Shown: piece after piece, positions 18,575 through 28,851 of the stretch
Layout of the letters: each line of letters begins with the position of its first letter
Position numbering within the stretch: position 1 is the first letter of the stretch
NCBI GenBank assembly: GCA_963710375.1
Contig: CAVPZX010000007.1
Location: forward strand, 26,986 to 90,985
Origin: Nitrospirota bacterium
GTDB lineage: Bacteria; Nitrospirota; Thermodesulfovibrionia; Thermodesulfovibrionales; Dissulfurispiraceae
DNA: 64,000 nt
Direction of reading: 5' to 3'
Program-made: the position numbers and the translations under genes
The notes under the pieces: model-generated
The model's database searches: none
The model's input: the letters and a program-made list of their open reading frames with translations, nothing else
Told to the model about the DNA's origin: nothing

Positions 18575-21388
18575 ATGCTTGAGATAAAACAGAACTATAA
18601 CCCTGACGATATTGAGGACAAATGGTACACTCTCTGGGAGTCCAGCGGATATTTCAAACCGGACCCCGGCGTTGACAAACCCCCATTCTGTATAGTTATA
18701 CCTCCGCCTAATGTTACCGGTTCCCTTCACATGGGTCATGCGCTCAACGCTACGCTGCAGGACATACTTGCCAGGTGGAAAAGGATGTCCGGATATAATG
18801 TGCTTTGGGTCCCGGGCACTGACCACGCAGGTATAGCAACTCAGAATGTGGTGGAAAGAGAGCTTGCGAGAGAGGGGCTGAACAGATATGAGCTTGGCAG
18901 AGACGCCTTTATCGAAAGGATATGGCAATGGAAAGCCGAATACGGAGGAAAAATAATTCACCAGCTTAAGAAGCTGGGCGCTTCGTGTGATTGGTCGAGA
19001 GAACGCTTCACCCTTGATGAGGGTCTGTCCAGGGCGGTACGAGAGGTGTTTGTAAGGCTTTTTGAAGAGGGACTGGTATACCGTGACAACCGGTTAATCA
19101 ACTGGTGCCCGCGCTGCCATACCGCATTATCTGATCTTGAAGTGGAATATGAAGAAATTGACGGGGCCCTCTATTATATAAAGTACCCGCTGACCGATGC
19201 CGCAGGGTATATAACTGTTGCCACTACAAGACCAGAGACAATGCTCGGCGATACGGCGGTAGCAGTGAATCCAGAAGATGAACGATACCTGAGGCTGATA
19301 GGCAAGGCTATAGAGCTTCCGTTTACTGGAAGGACCATACCCATAATAGCCGATCAATTGGTTGAATCCTCATTCGGGACCGGGGCTGTCAAGGTGACGC
19401 CGGCCCATGACTTTAATGATGAGGCAATGGGAAAACGCCATGGCCTCCCTTCCATAAGCGTTATTACCGAAGACGGTCATATGAGCGCAGAAGCAGGAGA
19501 AGCGTGCAGGGGCCTCGACCGGTACGAATGCAGAAAGAAACTGCTTGGCAGCCTGAAAGACATGGGATTGCTTGCAGGAGAAAAAAAGCACCGGCATGCG
19601 GTCGGCCACTGCTACCGCTGCAAAACAGTCATCGAGCCGCTCCTGACTATCCAGTGGTATGTCAAAATAGAATCGCTTGCGTCCAGGGCGGTGAAAGCGG
19701 TCGGGGACGGAGAGACAAAACTAATTCCATCTTCATGGGACAATAATTACTTTGCATGGATGCGGGACATTAAAGACTGGTGTATTTCGCGGCAGATATG
19801 GTGGGGCCACCGTATACCGGTCTGGTACTGTCCTGGTTGCAGCACTAAAGATGGGCGCACACAGGGTGCGATGATCGAGCATATTTTTTTCAGGACTGTG
19901 ATACTCTCCGGCAAAACAGTTGCAGGAGGCACTTACGCTGATTTGCGGTCACAAGGCATGAGCCATGACGAGATTCTCAGGAACTCTAAAATAATACGTG
20001 TAACGAAAGAGGTAATTCCCCATTGCGGGAGAGAAGACATAAAGGAATGCCCTTTATGCGGGAGCGGCCATGTTATTCGTGACCCAGACGTTCTCGATAC
20101 ATGGTTTTCATCGGCGCTTTGGCCGTTTTCCACTCTGGGTTGGCCTGACGCGACCGCTGATTTGAAAACATTTTATCCCACCAGTGTTCTTGTCACCGGT
20201 TTCGATATTCTCTTTTTCTGGGTGGCGCGCATGCTCATGATGGGGTTGAAATGCATGGGTGAGGTACCGTTCACAGATGTTTACATTCACGCCCTCGTGC
20301 GCGATGCCAAGGGGCAGAAAATGAGCAAATCAAAGGGTAATGTAGTTGATCCGCTGGTTATGACAGGAAAATACGGCGCCGACGCCTTCAGATTTTCTCT
20401 TGCCGCTTTTGCGGCCCAGGGGAGGGATGTAAGATTTTCGGAAGAGCGGCTGGAGGGCTACAGGCATTTTATAAATAAGCTCTGGAATGCCGCCAAATTT
20501 ATTGTCAAAAACGAACAGGTATGGGACAGAAAGGAACCATATGCTTATGGTGCAACCCTGGATGTTGCGAGCAGATGGATACTAAGCAGGCTGGCATTTA
20601 CCGTTAGTGAGGTCAACAGGAATCTAGGGAATTACCGTTTCAATGACGCTGCCGGCAGCGTCTATCATTTTATATGGCATGAATTCTGCGACTGGTACCT
20701 CGAAATAACAAAGCCCACACTTTATCAGGAGGACAGCGAGGAGAAGACTGCGATTGTTTCGTGCCTGTTTTTTGTACTTGAGCAGAGCCTTAAATTATTG
20801 CATCCATTTATCCCTTTTGTCACCGAGGAGTTATGGCGCAATTTATTTGACCGCGAATCGTCATTGATGCGCGTGAGCTATCCCGCGGAGCTGCCGCGAT
20901 TTCCTGACGCGGAGCGGCAGATGGAGATATTGCTCAATGCCGTAACAGGAATACGAAGCGTAAGGGGGGAGTTGAACATAGCCCCTTCTGTGGAGATCAG
21001 GGCGGATATCAAGACACTTTCAAAAGAGGTTGAAGATGTTCTGGAAAACAATCTGGTGTCAATAAAAAAATTGACGAGATGCGGGGAGCTTAACACCGGA
21101 CCGGGCATTCAGAGGGTCGAGGGTTCCGCAGTCGCTGTTCATGAAGGGATGGAAGTGTATATCCCTCTGAGTGGATTGCTCGATGTCGGTTCTGAGGTCA
21201 AAAGGCTCCAGAAGGAAATGGACAAAATCGACGAGGCGTTGCGGTTTTTGAATAAAAAGCTGCTTAATGAGGATTTCTTAAATAACGCCCCTAAGAATGT
21301 CCTCGAAAAAGATAAGACGAAGCATGACGAGCTTTTGACCAGGAGAGCTAAGCTCGATGAGAACATGAATCTCCTGAAAACTATTTAG
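18575..21388 (+). CDS. valS: Valine--tRNA ligase
   Basis: PPPNVTGSLHMGH, DWCISRQIWWGHRIP, KMSKS and a C-terminal coiled coil. Confidence 0.97.
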   Translation: MLEIKQNYNPDDIEDKWYTLWESSGYFKPDPGVDKPPFCIVIPPPNVTGSLHMGHALNATLQDILARWKRMSGYNVLWVPGTDHAGIATQNVVERELAREGLNRYELGRDAFIERIWQWKAEYGGKIIHQLKKLGASCDWSRERFTLDEGLSRAVREVFVRLFEEGLVYRDNRLINWCPRCHTALSDLEVEYEEIDGALYYIKYPLTDAAGYITVATTRPETMLGDTAVAVNPEDERYLRLIGKAIELPFTGRTIPIIADQLVESSFGTGAVKVTPAHDFNDEAMGKRHGLPSISVITEDGHMSAEAGEACRGLDRYECRKKLLGSLKDMGLLAGEKKHRHAVGHCYRCKTVIEPLLTIQWYVKIESLASRAVKAVGDGETKLIPSSWDNNYFAWMRDIKDWCISRQIWWGHRIPVWYCPGCSTKDGRTQGAMIEHIFFRTVILSGKTVAGGTYADLRSQGMSHDEILRNSKIIRVTKEVIPHCGREDIKECPLCGSGHVIRDPDVLDTWFSSALWPFSTLGWPDATADLKTFYPTSVLVTGFDILFFWVARMLMMGLKCMGEVPFTDVYIHALVRDAKGQKMSKSKGNVVDPLVMTGKYGADAFRFSLAAFAAQGRDVRFSEERLEGYRHFINKLWNAAKFIVKNEQVWDRKEPYAYGATLDVASRWILSRLAFTVSEVNRNLGNYRFNDAAGSVYHFIWHEFCDWYLEITKPTLYQEDSEEKTAIVSCLFFVLEQSLKLLHPFIPFVTEELWRNLFDRESSLMRVSYPAELPRFPDAERQMEILLNAVTGIRSVRGELNIAPSVEIRADIKTLSKEVEDVLENNLVSIKKLTRCGELNTGPGIQRVEGSAVAVHEGMEVYIPLSGLLDVGSEVKRLQKEMDKIDEALRFLNKKLLNEDFLNNAPKNVLEKDKTKHDELLTRRAKLDENMNLLKTI

Positions 21389-21401
21389 AAAAACAAAGCG
21401 A

Positions 21402-21528
21402 ACCACAGAGACACAGAGACACGGAGAAAATAATTTATTATTCAAAAAGAAAAATTAAAAATTAATGAAGACCTCATTTTTTCACTTTATTAACTGTGAT
21501 TTTCTCTGTGTCTCTGTGTCTCTGTGGT
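21402..21528. repeat. Palindromic CACAGAGA 8-mer element
   Basis: 30-bp arms accacagagacacagagacacggagaaaat / attttctctgtgtctctgtgtctctgtggt (one mismatch) around an AT-rich spacer. Confidence 0.9.
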
Positions 21529-21553
21529 AAAATTTAAGGGGGAGGGGGCTGCG

Positions 21554-22036
21554 ATGGAAAAAGAGATGATGGATATAGAAAGCAAAAGCCTGGACCTTGT
21601 TGAGGCCGAATTTATCACTATTAAACAAAGTACAGTCAGGGCCGTAGACGGAGGTAACATTGAGTTGCAGCAGGTAGGTGCGCTGAGCATTGACGGCGAG
21701 CGTGTTGAGGTGACCCAGGGGGCCGCATTACTCATGAAGGGGGAAACACTTACCCTGAACCAGAGCATCGGGGTATTGGCCGCAGGCGGCACGACAAACC
21801 TTAACTTCTCATTTACGCCGGTCGCTGTGGCTTCCGGAGAAATTAATGCGAATAAGAGCGCTGTTGGGATTCTGGCCGGCAATCAGGTCAACGCCAATAA
21901 CAGCACCGCCATTCTCATGATCGGCAAAGATATAGACGGTACGGTGACCACGCTTCTGGATTGGCGCAGCGCGCTTGCCATCGGAGCTGTCGCAGGCGGC
22001 ATCTTCGGACTTTTTTCTCTATTCAGAGGGCGCTGA
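21554..22036 (+). CDS. Hypothetical protein with beta-solenoid-like repeats and a C-terminal membrane anchor
   Basis: GGAGG SD, roughly 15-aa periodic small/hydrophobic pattern, and C-terminal ALAIGAVAGGIFGLFSLFRGR. Confidence 0.7.
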   Translation: MEKEMMDIESKSLDLVEAEFITIKQSTVRAVDGGNIELQQVGALSIDGERVEVTQGAALLMKGETLTLNQSIGVLAAGGTTNLNFSFTPVAVASGEINANKSAVGILAGNQVNANNSTAILMIGKDIDGTVTTLLDWRSALAIGAVAGGIFGLFSLFRGR

Positions 22037-22041
22037 AAACA

Positions 22042-22869
22042 ATGGTTTCCGGTTTGGCAAGGGATACGATACGTCTTGCCCTTCTCGAAGATCTCGGACA
22101 TGGCGATATAACCTCATTGCTGATCGTGGCGGAAGGCAAGGTTGCGAAAGCAACCATACGCGCTAAAGAAGACCTCGTCGTGGCCGGAATGCCTTTTGTC
22201 AAAGAGGTTTTTTCGGTAGTTGATCCCTGCATAGAAATAAAATCTTTTTTTAATGAGGGTGACGAGATAGTAAAGGGAGCGGTAATAGCAGAGGTGACGG
22301 GAAATGCGCGGGCACTGCTCGCAGGAGAGCGGACTGCGCTTAACTTACTTCAGCGTGTATCCGGCATCGCAACGCTGACGCATTCGTACAAGAAGCTTGT
22401 TTCAGACCTGAGAGTCAAAATTGTTGACACGCGGAAGACCTCGCCCGGAATGCGTTTTTTTGAAAAGTATGGGGTCCGCACCGGCGGCGGTGATAATCAT
22501 CGTTACGGGCTTTATGACGGAGTGCTCATAAAAGACAACCACATCAGAATTGCCGGAGGGATCAAGGAAGCTGTGAGGCTGGCAAAAAAAACTCACCACT
22601 TGTTGAAGATAGAAGTGGAAGTCGGAAATTTTGATGAACTCCGGGAAGCTCTGGACGCAGGGGCGGATGTAATTATGCTCGATAACATGTCCTCAAGTGA
22701 TATGACGCAGGCTGTAAAGATTACAAACGGCAGGGCACTTCTTGAGGCATCAGGCAATATAAATATTGATAATATCAGAACAATTGCAGAAACCGGAGTT
22801 GACCTGATATCCATCGGTGCCCTGACTCATTCAGCAAGGGCTGTGGATATAAGCATGAAAATAGTCTGA
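22042..22869 (+). CDS. nadC: Nicotinate-nucleotide diphosphorylase (carboxylating)
   Basis: EDLGHGDIT, DTRKT, NHRYGL, LIKDNH, IMLDN, EASG and SIGALTHS. Confidence 0.96.
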   Translation: MVSGLARDTIRLALLEDLGHGDITSLLIVAEGKVAKATIRAKEDLVVAGMPFVKEVFSVVDPCIEIKSFFNEGDEIVKGAVIAEVTGNARALLAGERTALNLLQRVSGIATLTHSYKKLVSDLRVKIVDTRKTSPGMRFFEKYGVRTGGGDNHRYGLYDGVLIKDNHIRIAGGIKEAVRLAKKTHHLLKIEVEVGNFDELREALDAGADVIMLDNMSSSDMTQAVKITNGRALLEASGNINIDNIRTIAETGVDLISIGALTHSARAVDISMKIV

Positions 22870-22872
22870 ATT

Positions 22873-23904
22873 ATGGAAGAAATTACATATAAGAAAGCAG
22901 GTGTTGATATTGACGAGGGGGACCGCTTTGTCCGCCTTATTTCACCTGTTGTAAGAAAAACGTTCAGGCCTGAAGTCCTCACTGACATCGGTTCCTTCGG
23001 CGCCTTATTTAAGCTTGACACCGTACGTTATAAAGATCCGGTGCTGGTGAGCGGGACCGACGGCGTAGGGACGAAACTCAAAATAGCATTCATGGCGGAC
23101 AAGCATGATACAGTGGGCATTGACCTTGTGGCAATGTGTGTTAATGATATTATCACCCTTGGTGCAGAACCGCTTTTTTTTCTCGATTATTTTGCCACTG
23201 GTAAGCTCGATGCAGATAAGGCCAAGGATGTGGTCAAGGGCATTGCCGACGGATGCAGCGAGGCGGGGTGTTCTCTGATCGGAGGAGAGACCGCTGAAAT
23301 GCCCGGTTTTTACCAGGACAAGGAATATGATCTTGCAGGTTTTGCTGTAGGAGTCGTCGAAAAAAGCGGTATTGTGAGCGGCGAAAGGATCGAAGCCGGC
23401 GATGCGATTATAGGGATAGCATCGAGCGGTCTTCACAGCAATGGATATTCCCTGGCCAGGAAGATTTTTTTTGAAGTCGCGCATTTTGAGGTTGATAAAT
23501 ACATGCCTGAGCTGAACGCTTCACTCGGGGAGATACTGCTTGCCCCGACAAGAATATATGTCAATGCCGTTAATGCGCTTAAAGAACACGCCGACATAAA
23601 AGGAATGGCGCATATCACCGGAGGCGGTATTACCGGCAATGTGCCCAGGATTTTAAGGGACGGACTTACCGCTGTGATAAAGGAGAACTCGTGGCCTGTC
23701 CCGCCGGTTTTTAATGTCCTGAAGGCTCTGGGCAATGTTCCGGACAGCGATATGAAAAAAACATTTAATTTGGGTATCGGTTATGTTATAGTAGTTCCTG
23801 AAGAAGTTTCTGACCTGTCCATTTCAAATTTAAAACATTATGGATTTGATGCATATCATATTGGTTTTGTTGAAAAGGGAGGGGGAAAAATTCGGTATGC
23901 ATAA
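22873..23904 (+). CDS. purM: Phosphoribosylformylglycinamidine cyclo-ligase
   Basis: YKKAGVDI, GTDGVGTK, GGETAEMPG, SSGLHSNGYS and HITGGG. Confidence 0.97.
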   Translation: MEEITYKKAGVDIDEGDRFVRLISPVVRKTFRPEVLTDIGSFGALFKLDTVRYKDPVLVSGTDGVGTKLKIAFMADKHDTVGIDLVAMCVNDIITLGAEPLFFLDYFATGKLDADKAKDVVKGIADGCSEAGCSLIGGETAEMPGFYQDKEYDLAGFAVGVVEKSGIVSGERIEAGDAIIGIASSGLHSNGYSLARKIFFEVAHFEVDKYMPELNASLGEILLAPTRIYVNAVNALKEHADIKGMAHITGGGITGNVPRILRDGLTAVIKENSWPVPPVFNVLKALGNVPDSDMKKTFNLGIGYVIVVPEEVSDLSISNLKHYGFDAYHIGFVEKGGGKIRYA

Positions 23905-24763
23905 AGCAAAAATTCTTCTAAGAAGGCTTTTCACTCCCGTTTCCATAATGCTCATCCCCCATGACAGCAAGCGCACCATAAATTTTAAATTGCCGTCGAT
24001 CGGCATTGTTGCTTCGGTAATTCTATGGATTGTGGGCTCAGTCTACGTTATTTCTATTGCTGTCAGCACTGTCGAATACTACCAAATGAAGAACAAACTG
24101 AGTTTTTATACCGCCCAGTTTACTCAACTGCAGTCCACCATAACTTCTCTGAAAAAAGCCGAGTTGGAATTTGAAAGGCTGTTGTCATTCGGGACCAAAA
24201 ATAAAATACTCGAAAATGTCGACACTAAGATGACCGCTCATGATACCGGTTCAATCGATATGGACTTGTTGCAGGAGCAGATAAGAAAAACGGTTGAAAG
24301 CGTCGGGGCAATAAAAGACTTCTTGAAAGGCCAGAAAGATATTTATGTTGCGACACCGAGAGGGTGGCCCATTGACGGCAGGGTCACATCTGAATTCGGA
24401 CCCAGAGAAAATCCGAGGGACGGCAGTCCGGAATTCCATTCAGGCATCGACATATCAGCTCGGGATGGTACCCCGGTACGGGCGACCGCCGATGGCATTG
24501 TCAGTTTCGCCGGTTGGAGCAAGGGCAGCGGGAATCTTGTAGTTCTCGAACACGGGTTCAGTTATTCCACATGTTATGCGCATAATAGTTCAATTATAGT
24601 GAGTGTGGGGAAGAAGGTGCGTAGAGGTGATATTATCTCGTACTCCGGCTCCACTGGCGATTCTACCGGACCTCACCTTCACTATGAGGTACGGCATGAT
24701 GGCAAAGCGATTAATCCACGCGAATTTATTATGGAGGCAAGGAATGTTCACAAGGAAAAATAA
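23897..24763 (+). CDS. M23 family metallopeptidase
   Basis: N-terminal TM, coiled coil, HSGID, YAH and STGPHLHYE. Confidence 0.92.
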   Translation: MHKAKILLRRLFTPVSIMLIPHDSKRTINFKLPSIGIVASVILWIVGSVYVISIAVSTVEYYQMKNKLSFYTAQFTQLQSTITSLKKAELEFERLLSFGTKNKILENVDTKMTAHDTGSIDMDLLQEQIRKTVESVGAIKDFLKGQKDIYVATPRGWPIDGRVTSEFGPRENPRDGSPEFHSGIDISARDGTPVRATADGIVSFAGWSKGSGNLVVLEHGFSYSTCYAHNSSIIVSVGKKVRRGDIISYSGSTGDSTGPHLHYEVRHDGKAINPREFIMEARNVHKEK

Positions 24764-25124
24764 TAAACTGGAAGCCCTGATAGGTCCGAATTCGGAATTC
24801 AGGGGAGATATTACGACGCAGGGCACATTTCGAATTGACGGCGTCTTTTCCGGCAATATCATTGCTGACTGGGTCATTCTCGGCGAAAGCGGCTCTATTA
24901 ATGGTGATATAACGGCCCGTTCTGTCATCATCGGCGGCAAAGTGGACGGCAATGTGAGGGCCGAGGAACTTGTGGAGATCAAACATACTGGTCAGCTCAC
25001 GGGAGACATCAATACAAGAAAGTTGTCTGTTGCCGAAGGCGGGGTCTTTGAAGGACGTTCCCTGGTACAGAAGGATGAGTCCAAGATAGTCGATTTCCCC
25101 GGCAAAGAAGCGCTTACCAAATAA
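24744..25124 (+). CDS. Bactofilin (polymer-forming cytoskeletal protein)
   Basis: IGPNSEFRGDI, IDGVFSGNI, GKVDGNV and GGVFEG; classic M23-bactofilin synteny. Confidence 0.9.
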   Translation: MFTRKNNKLEALIGPNSEFRGDITTQGTFRIDGVFSGNIIADWVILGESGSINGDITARSVIIGGKVDGNVRAEELVEIKHTGQLTGDINTRKLSVAEGGVFEGRSLVQKDESKIVDFPGKEALTK

Positions 25125-25143
25125 AGCGCTAACCTCTTTTTAG

Positions 25144-27072
25144 ATGAAACAGGTTTTTCTTGAAACCGCATCGCTTGAAAAAGCCCTTGAGCTTCTCTTC
25201 AGGCGCCTTGACGAGCTTGGATTGAAGGCCCTTCCTGCCGAGATTGTCCGTGTTATCGATACTCTAGGGAGGGTTGCTGCAGAGCCGGTTTTTGCAAAGT
25301 ATTCGTCTCCTTTTTATCATTCCGCTGCGATGGACGGCTATGCAGTCAGGTGTGCGGATACGTTTACAGCTGCTGAAACAGCTCCACTTTTGTTGAAGAC
25401 CGGCAGTCAAGCAATCTATGTTGATACCGGCGATCCAATGCCGGAAGGATTCAATGCAGTCATCATGATAGAAGATGTGAATCTGTCTGGTGGTCATATC
25501 GAGATTTACCAACCAGTGACTCCTTACCAGAATGTGCGGACAATCGGTGAAGATATTGTAGCTACGGAGTTGATAATTCCTGAAAATCATATTATAAGAC
25601 CGATTGACATAGGAGCGATGCTTGCCAGCGGGCATCTCGAAATAAAGGTCAGGAGAAAGCCCATACTGGCCATTATCCCTACAGGTACCGAAATCATTGA
25701 GCCTGAAAAGGTGAAAGAGCGCCCGCCGGTTCCACCGGAAATTATCGAATATAATTCTGCAATGCTTCAGGGACTTGCTCTGGACCTCAATACAGAACCC
25801 ATACGGTTCACTATTGTTAAAGATGATCTTGAAGCCATTAGAAAGGCTCTCTACGATGCATCCCTGTTGTCAGATATTGTTGTTATTAATGCGGGTGCTG
25901 GAAGAGGTTCAGAAGATTACACTCTTGAGGCGATACGATCTCTTGGAGAGGTGCTCGTCAACGGTGTATCTATTAAGCCCGGGAAGCCTGTTATCATCGG
26001 CATTATTAACAACAAACCGGTATTCGGCATCCCCGGGTATCCTGTATCAGCCTACATCACTTTCCAACTTTTTGTCAGGCCTGTAGTAGCAAGGTTGTCA
26101 GCTGTACCAGCATTAGTCGGTGAGGAGATACAAGCGGTAATTTCGAGGCAAATAGCATCATCGCTTGGCATCGATGAATTCATCCGGGTGAAAGTGGGAG
26201 TTGTCGGCGATAAGCAGATCGCAACCCCGGTTGGCAGGGGAGCTGGATTGCTTATGTCACTGGTGAGGGCTGATGGAATAATTAAAATACCAGCAGATTC
26301 AGAGGGATTGAGTGCAGGACATAAAGTAACAGTTGAGCTGCTGAGGAATAAGGACGAGATAAAAAACACTATTGTCTGCATTGGAAGCCATGATAATACA
26401 CTCGATTTATTGGCCAATAGTATAAAAAAGAATTATCCTGACTACTCATTGTCCTCTGCCCATGTAGGGTCTATGGGAGGATTGATGGCTCTCAAACGGG
26501 GAGAGGCGCATTGTGCCGGAACACATCTGCTCGATGAAAGCTCCGGAGAATATAATGTACCCTTCATGAAACAGTTTTTTCCGGATCGGAAAATGGTTCT
26601 CGTAAATCTTGTATACCGGCAGCAGGGACTTCTTATAAAGAAAGATAATCCTAAAAATATAAACGGATTTGAAGACCTCCTGAGGGATGATGTGCTATTT
26701 ATAAACAGGCAGCCGGGTTCAGGCACGCGATTGCTGCTCGATAAATATCTTAAAGAAAAGGGCATCAGTCCGTCTATGATCAAAGGGTATGAAAAGGACG
26801 AATACACGCATATGGCTGTTGCATCGGCTGTGCTAACAGGACTTGCCGATACAGGGCTTGCCATTTACTCATCCGCAAAGGCACTCGATCTTAATTTTAT
26901 CCCTGTTGCCAACGAACGCTATGATATTGCAATCCCGTATGAGTTCATGGAGACAGAGATGCTTCATATTATGCTTCGGGTAATACGGGAGGATGAAGAA
27001 TTCAGGAGTACAGTGCGGTCCCTGGGCGGGTATGATACCAGGGACATGGGGAAGGTGCTTTTTGAGGGTTAG
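25144..27072 (+). CDS. moeA: Molybdopterin molybdotransferase MoeA fused to a periplasmic-binding-protein-like domain
   Basis: AAMDGYAV, TGDPMP, IKPGKP and PGYPVS, then GSHD, VGSMGGL and NRQPGSGTR. Confidence 0.92.
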   Translation: MKQVFLETASLEKALELLFRRLDELGLKALPAEIVRVIDTLGRVAAEPVFAKYSSPFYHSAAMDGYAVRCADTFTAAETAPLLLKTGSQAIYVDTGDPMPEGFNAVIMIEDVNLSGGHIEIYQPVTPYQNVRTIGEDIVATELIIPENHIIRPIDIGAMLASGHLEIKVRRKPILAIIPTGTEIIEPEKVKERPPVPPEIIEYNSAMLQGLALDLNTEPIRFTIVKDDLEAIRKALYDASLLSDIVVINAGAGRGSEDYTLEAIRSLGEVLVNGVSIKPGKPVIIGIINNKPVFGIPGYPVSAYITFQLFVRPVVARLSAVPALVGEEIQAVISRQIASSLGIDEFIRVKVGVVGDKQIATPVGRGAGLLMSLVRADGIIKIPADSEGLSAGHKVTVELLRNKDEIKNTIVCIGSHDNTLDLLANSIKKNYPDYSLSSAHVGSMGGLMALKRGEAHCAGTHLLDESSGEYNVPFMKQFFPDRKMVLVNLVYRQQGLLIKKDNPKNINGFEDLLRDDVLFINRQPGSGTRLLLDKYLKEKGISPSMIKGYEKDEYTHMAVASAVLTGLADTGLAIYSSAKALDLNFIPVANERYDIAIPYEFMETEMLHIMLRVIREDEEFRSTVRSLGGYDTRDMGKVLFEG

Positions 27073-27083
27073 TGCGCGAGCCC

Positions 27084-28244
27084 TCAGTCTGTTTTTATCG
27101 GTAACTCGCTGAAACTTATATCTGGGTCGTTATCCGGGATAATGCGTTTGGCCCCGATAAAATGCCTGAAATAGTAAGGGGTTTCGAGACTGTCGATCGT
27201 TATCTTTTTGGAAAGCGAAGATGCATGAATAAAAAGATTATTCCCCAGGTATATCCCTACATGCGAGGGAAACGATGCATATGTTCTGAAAAAGACGAGA
27301 TCTCCTGTTGCAAGGTCATCTTTGTCAACAGATTCACCGATGTTAAACTGCTCACGGGCACTGCGCGGAATATTCTGTCCGATAAAGCTATACACTTTTT
27401 GTACATACGCAGAGCAATCCAGTCCGAAAGACCCGTTTCCGCCGAAACGGTAGGGGAGGTGAAGCATTTTTTTGGCAAAAAGAACCAGGCGTTCTTGTAT
27501 GCTTAGATCTGCAAGAACATCTTCTGAAGTAGACAGTTCTTTGACTTCTTCCAGACGGGCTGAAGTAACGGCTGGTGTGGCTTTTTCAGCAGGAATGCCG
27601 TAAGCTTTAGTCGTCTCTTCCTTCACCTCGGTGTTTATTTTTGCAAGGTAAATTTTTTGACCTGCTTTTAGGGCATTGCCTTTCAACCCGTTTATTTCTT
27701 TCAGATCATCTCCGCTAAGCCTGAACCGCTTTGCAACTTTGCGGACAGTATCTCCTTTTCTGGCAACATATGTATTGGGCGTATGACTTCTGCGTTTGAT
27801 TGAAATGTGCTGACCGACCTTTAATCTGCCTTTCTTAAGGTTATTGGCATTTCGTAATTCATTTACTGTGATCCCGTACTTTTTTGCAACCGATATTAAC
27901 GTGTCTCCTTTTTTTACTATATGAACTGTCTCCTTGATTTCAGTTGATGGTTTATTAGAGACCAAATGTTTTGCCGGATATTTTTTGGAACTATGAGCGG
28001 CCTCTTTATTCCTGTGTTTTTTTTCAGAATTCGGAAGGGACAGCTTTGTCCCTATACTTAATTTGGAAGACTTCAGCCCGTTGGATTCTTTAATTTCGGA
28101 AACGCTGATGCTGTACTTTTTTGAAATCCTCTGTAATGTATCGCCCTTCCTTACCGAGTAAGAGATATGTGCTGATGATGTTGAAGCGAAAGAAACAAGA
28201 ATGATAAAGGATAGTATTGCATATAAACCTTTCAGCTGTTTCAT
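27084..28244 (-). CDS. LysM x3 plus NlpC/P60 peptidoglycan endopeptidase
   Basis: Signal peptide, three KGDT LysM repeats, PYRFGG, DCSAYV, HVGIY and FIHAS. Confidence 0.92.
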   Translation of the reverse strand: MKQLKGLYAILSFIILVSFASTSSAHISYSVRKGDTLQRISKKYSISVSEIKESNGLKSSKLSIGTKLSLPNSEKKHRNKEAAHSSKKYPAKHLVSNKPSTEIKETVHIVKKGDTLISVAKKYGITVNELRNANNLKKGRLKVGQHISIKRRSHTPNTYVARKGDTVRKVAKRFRLSGDDLKEINGLKGNALKAGQKIYLAKINTEVKEETTKAYGIPAEKATPAVTSARLEEVKELSTSEDVLADLSIQERLVLFAKKMLHLPYRFGGNGSFGLDCSAYVQKVYSFIGQNIPRSAREQFNIGESVDKDDLATGDLVFFRTYASFPSHVGIYLGNNLFIHASSLSKKITIDSLETPYYFRHFIGAKRIIPDNDPDISFSELPIKTD

Positions 28245-28263
28245 GCTGCATCCTCCCGTTTAA

Positions 28264-28306
28264 AGCAGGTTAAGGCAAAGGTTAAGGTTGAGAAAAACCC
28301 TTGACC
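28264..28306. repeat. GGTTAA-family element arm
   Basis: agcaggttaaggcaaaggttaaggttgagaaa is 31/32 identical to the reverse complement of 12173-12204. Confidence 0.85.
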
Positions 28307-28312
28307 TTTTTT

Positions 28313-28843
28313 TCATGCTGCATCTTCCTTTAAAAAATCACTGATAGGCGGCAATTCGCTTAAACTTTTGAGACCAAAATATTGCAAGAACTCCTTTGTC
28401 GTACCATAAAGAAAAGGCCTGCCCGGCGTCTCCTTTTTGCCGACAATTTTAATAAAATGCTTATCCAGCACGCTCTTGATTGGACCATCAGAATTAACAC
28501 CCCGCAGCTGGTCTACCTCGAGTTTTGTTACAGGCTGCTTGTATGCAATAATAGCGAGTGTTTCAAGGGCAGGCTGCGAGAGTTTGTTTGACTGGCTGAC
28601 GTGTTTAAAACGCTTAATCCAGAGGGCATGATCCTGATCGGTGACCATCTGGTATCCCTCAGCAATACCAATGACAAGGATACCGGAATTCCTAGACTTA
28701 TAGTTGGATGCCAATTCATCCAGCAGTTTCTTGATTTCCTGTTCAGGGAGATCCGTAGCCTTTGAAAGGCTGCTGATGGTTACGGGTTCTCCGGCAACAA
28801 ATAGCAGCGCCTCAAGAACCGCTTTTTTAAGGGAATCCTCCAT
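28313..28843 (-). CDS. scpB: SMC-Scp complex subunit ScpB
   Basis: LEALLFV, LSQPALETLAIIAYKQP, RGVNS and GRPFLYGTTKEFL. Confidence 0.95.
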   Translation of the reverse strand: MEDSLKKAVLEALLFVAGEPVTISSLSKATDLPEQEIKKLLDELASNYKSRNSGILVIGIAEGYQMVTDQDHALWIKRFKHVSQSNKLSQPALETLAIIAYKQPVTKLEVDQLRGVNSDGPIKSVLDKHFIKIVGKKETPGRPFLYGTTKEFLQYFGLKSLSELPPISDFLKEDAA

Positions 28844-28851
28844 TGCTGAAC

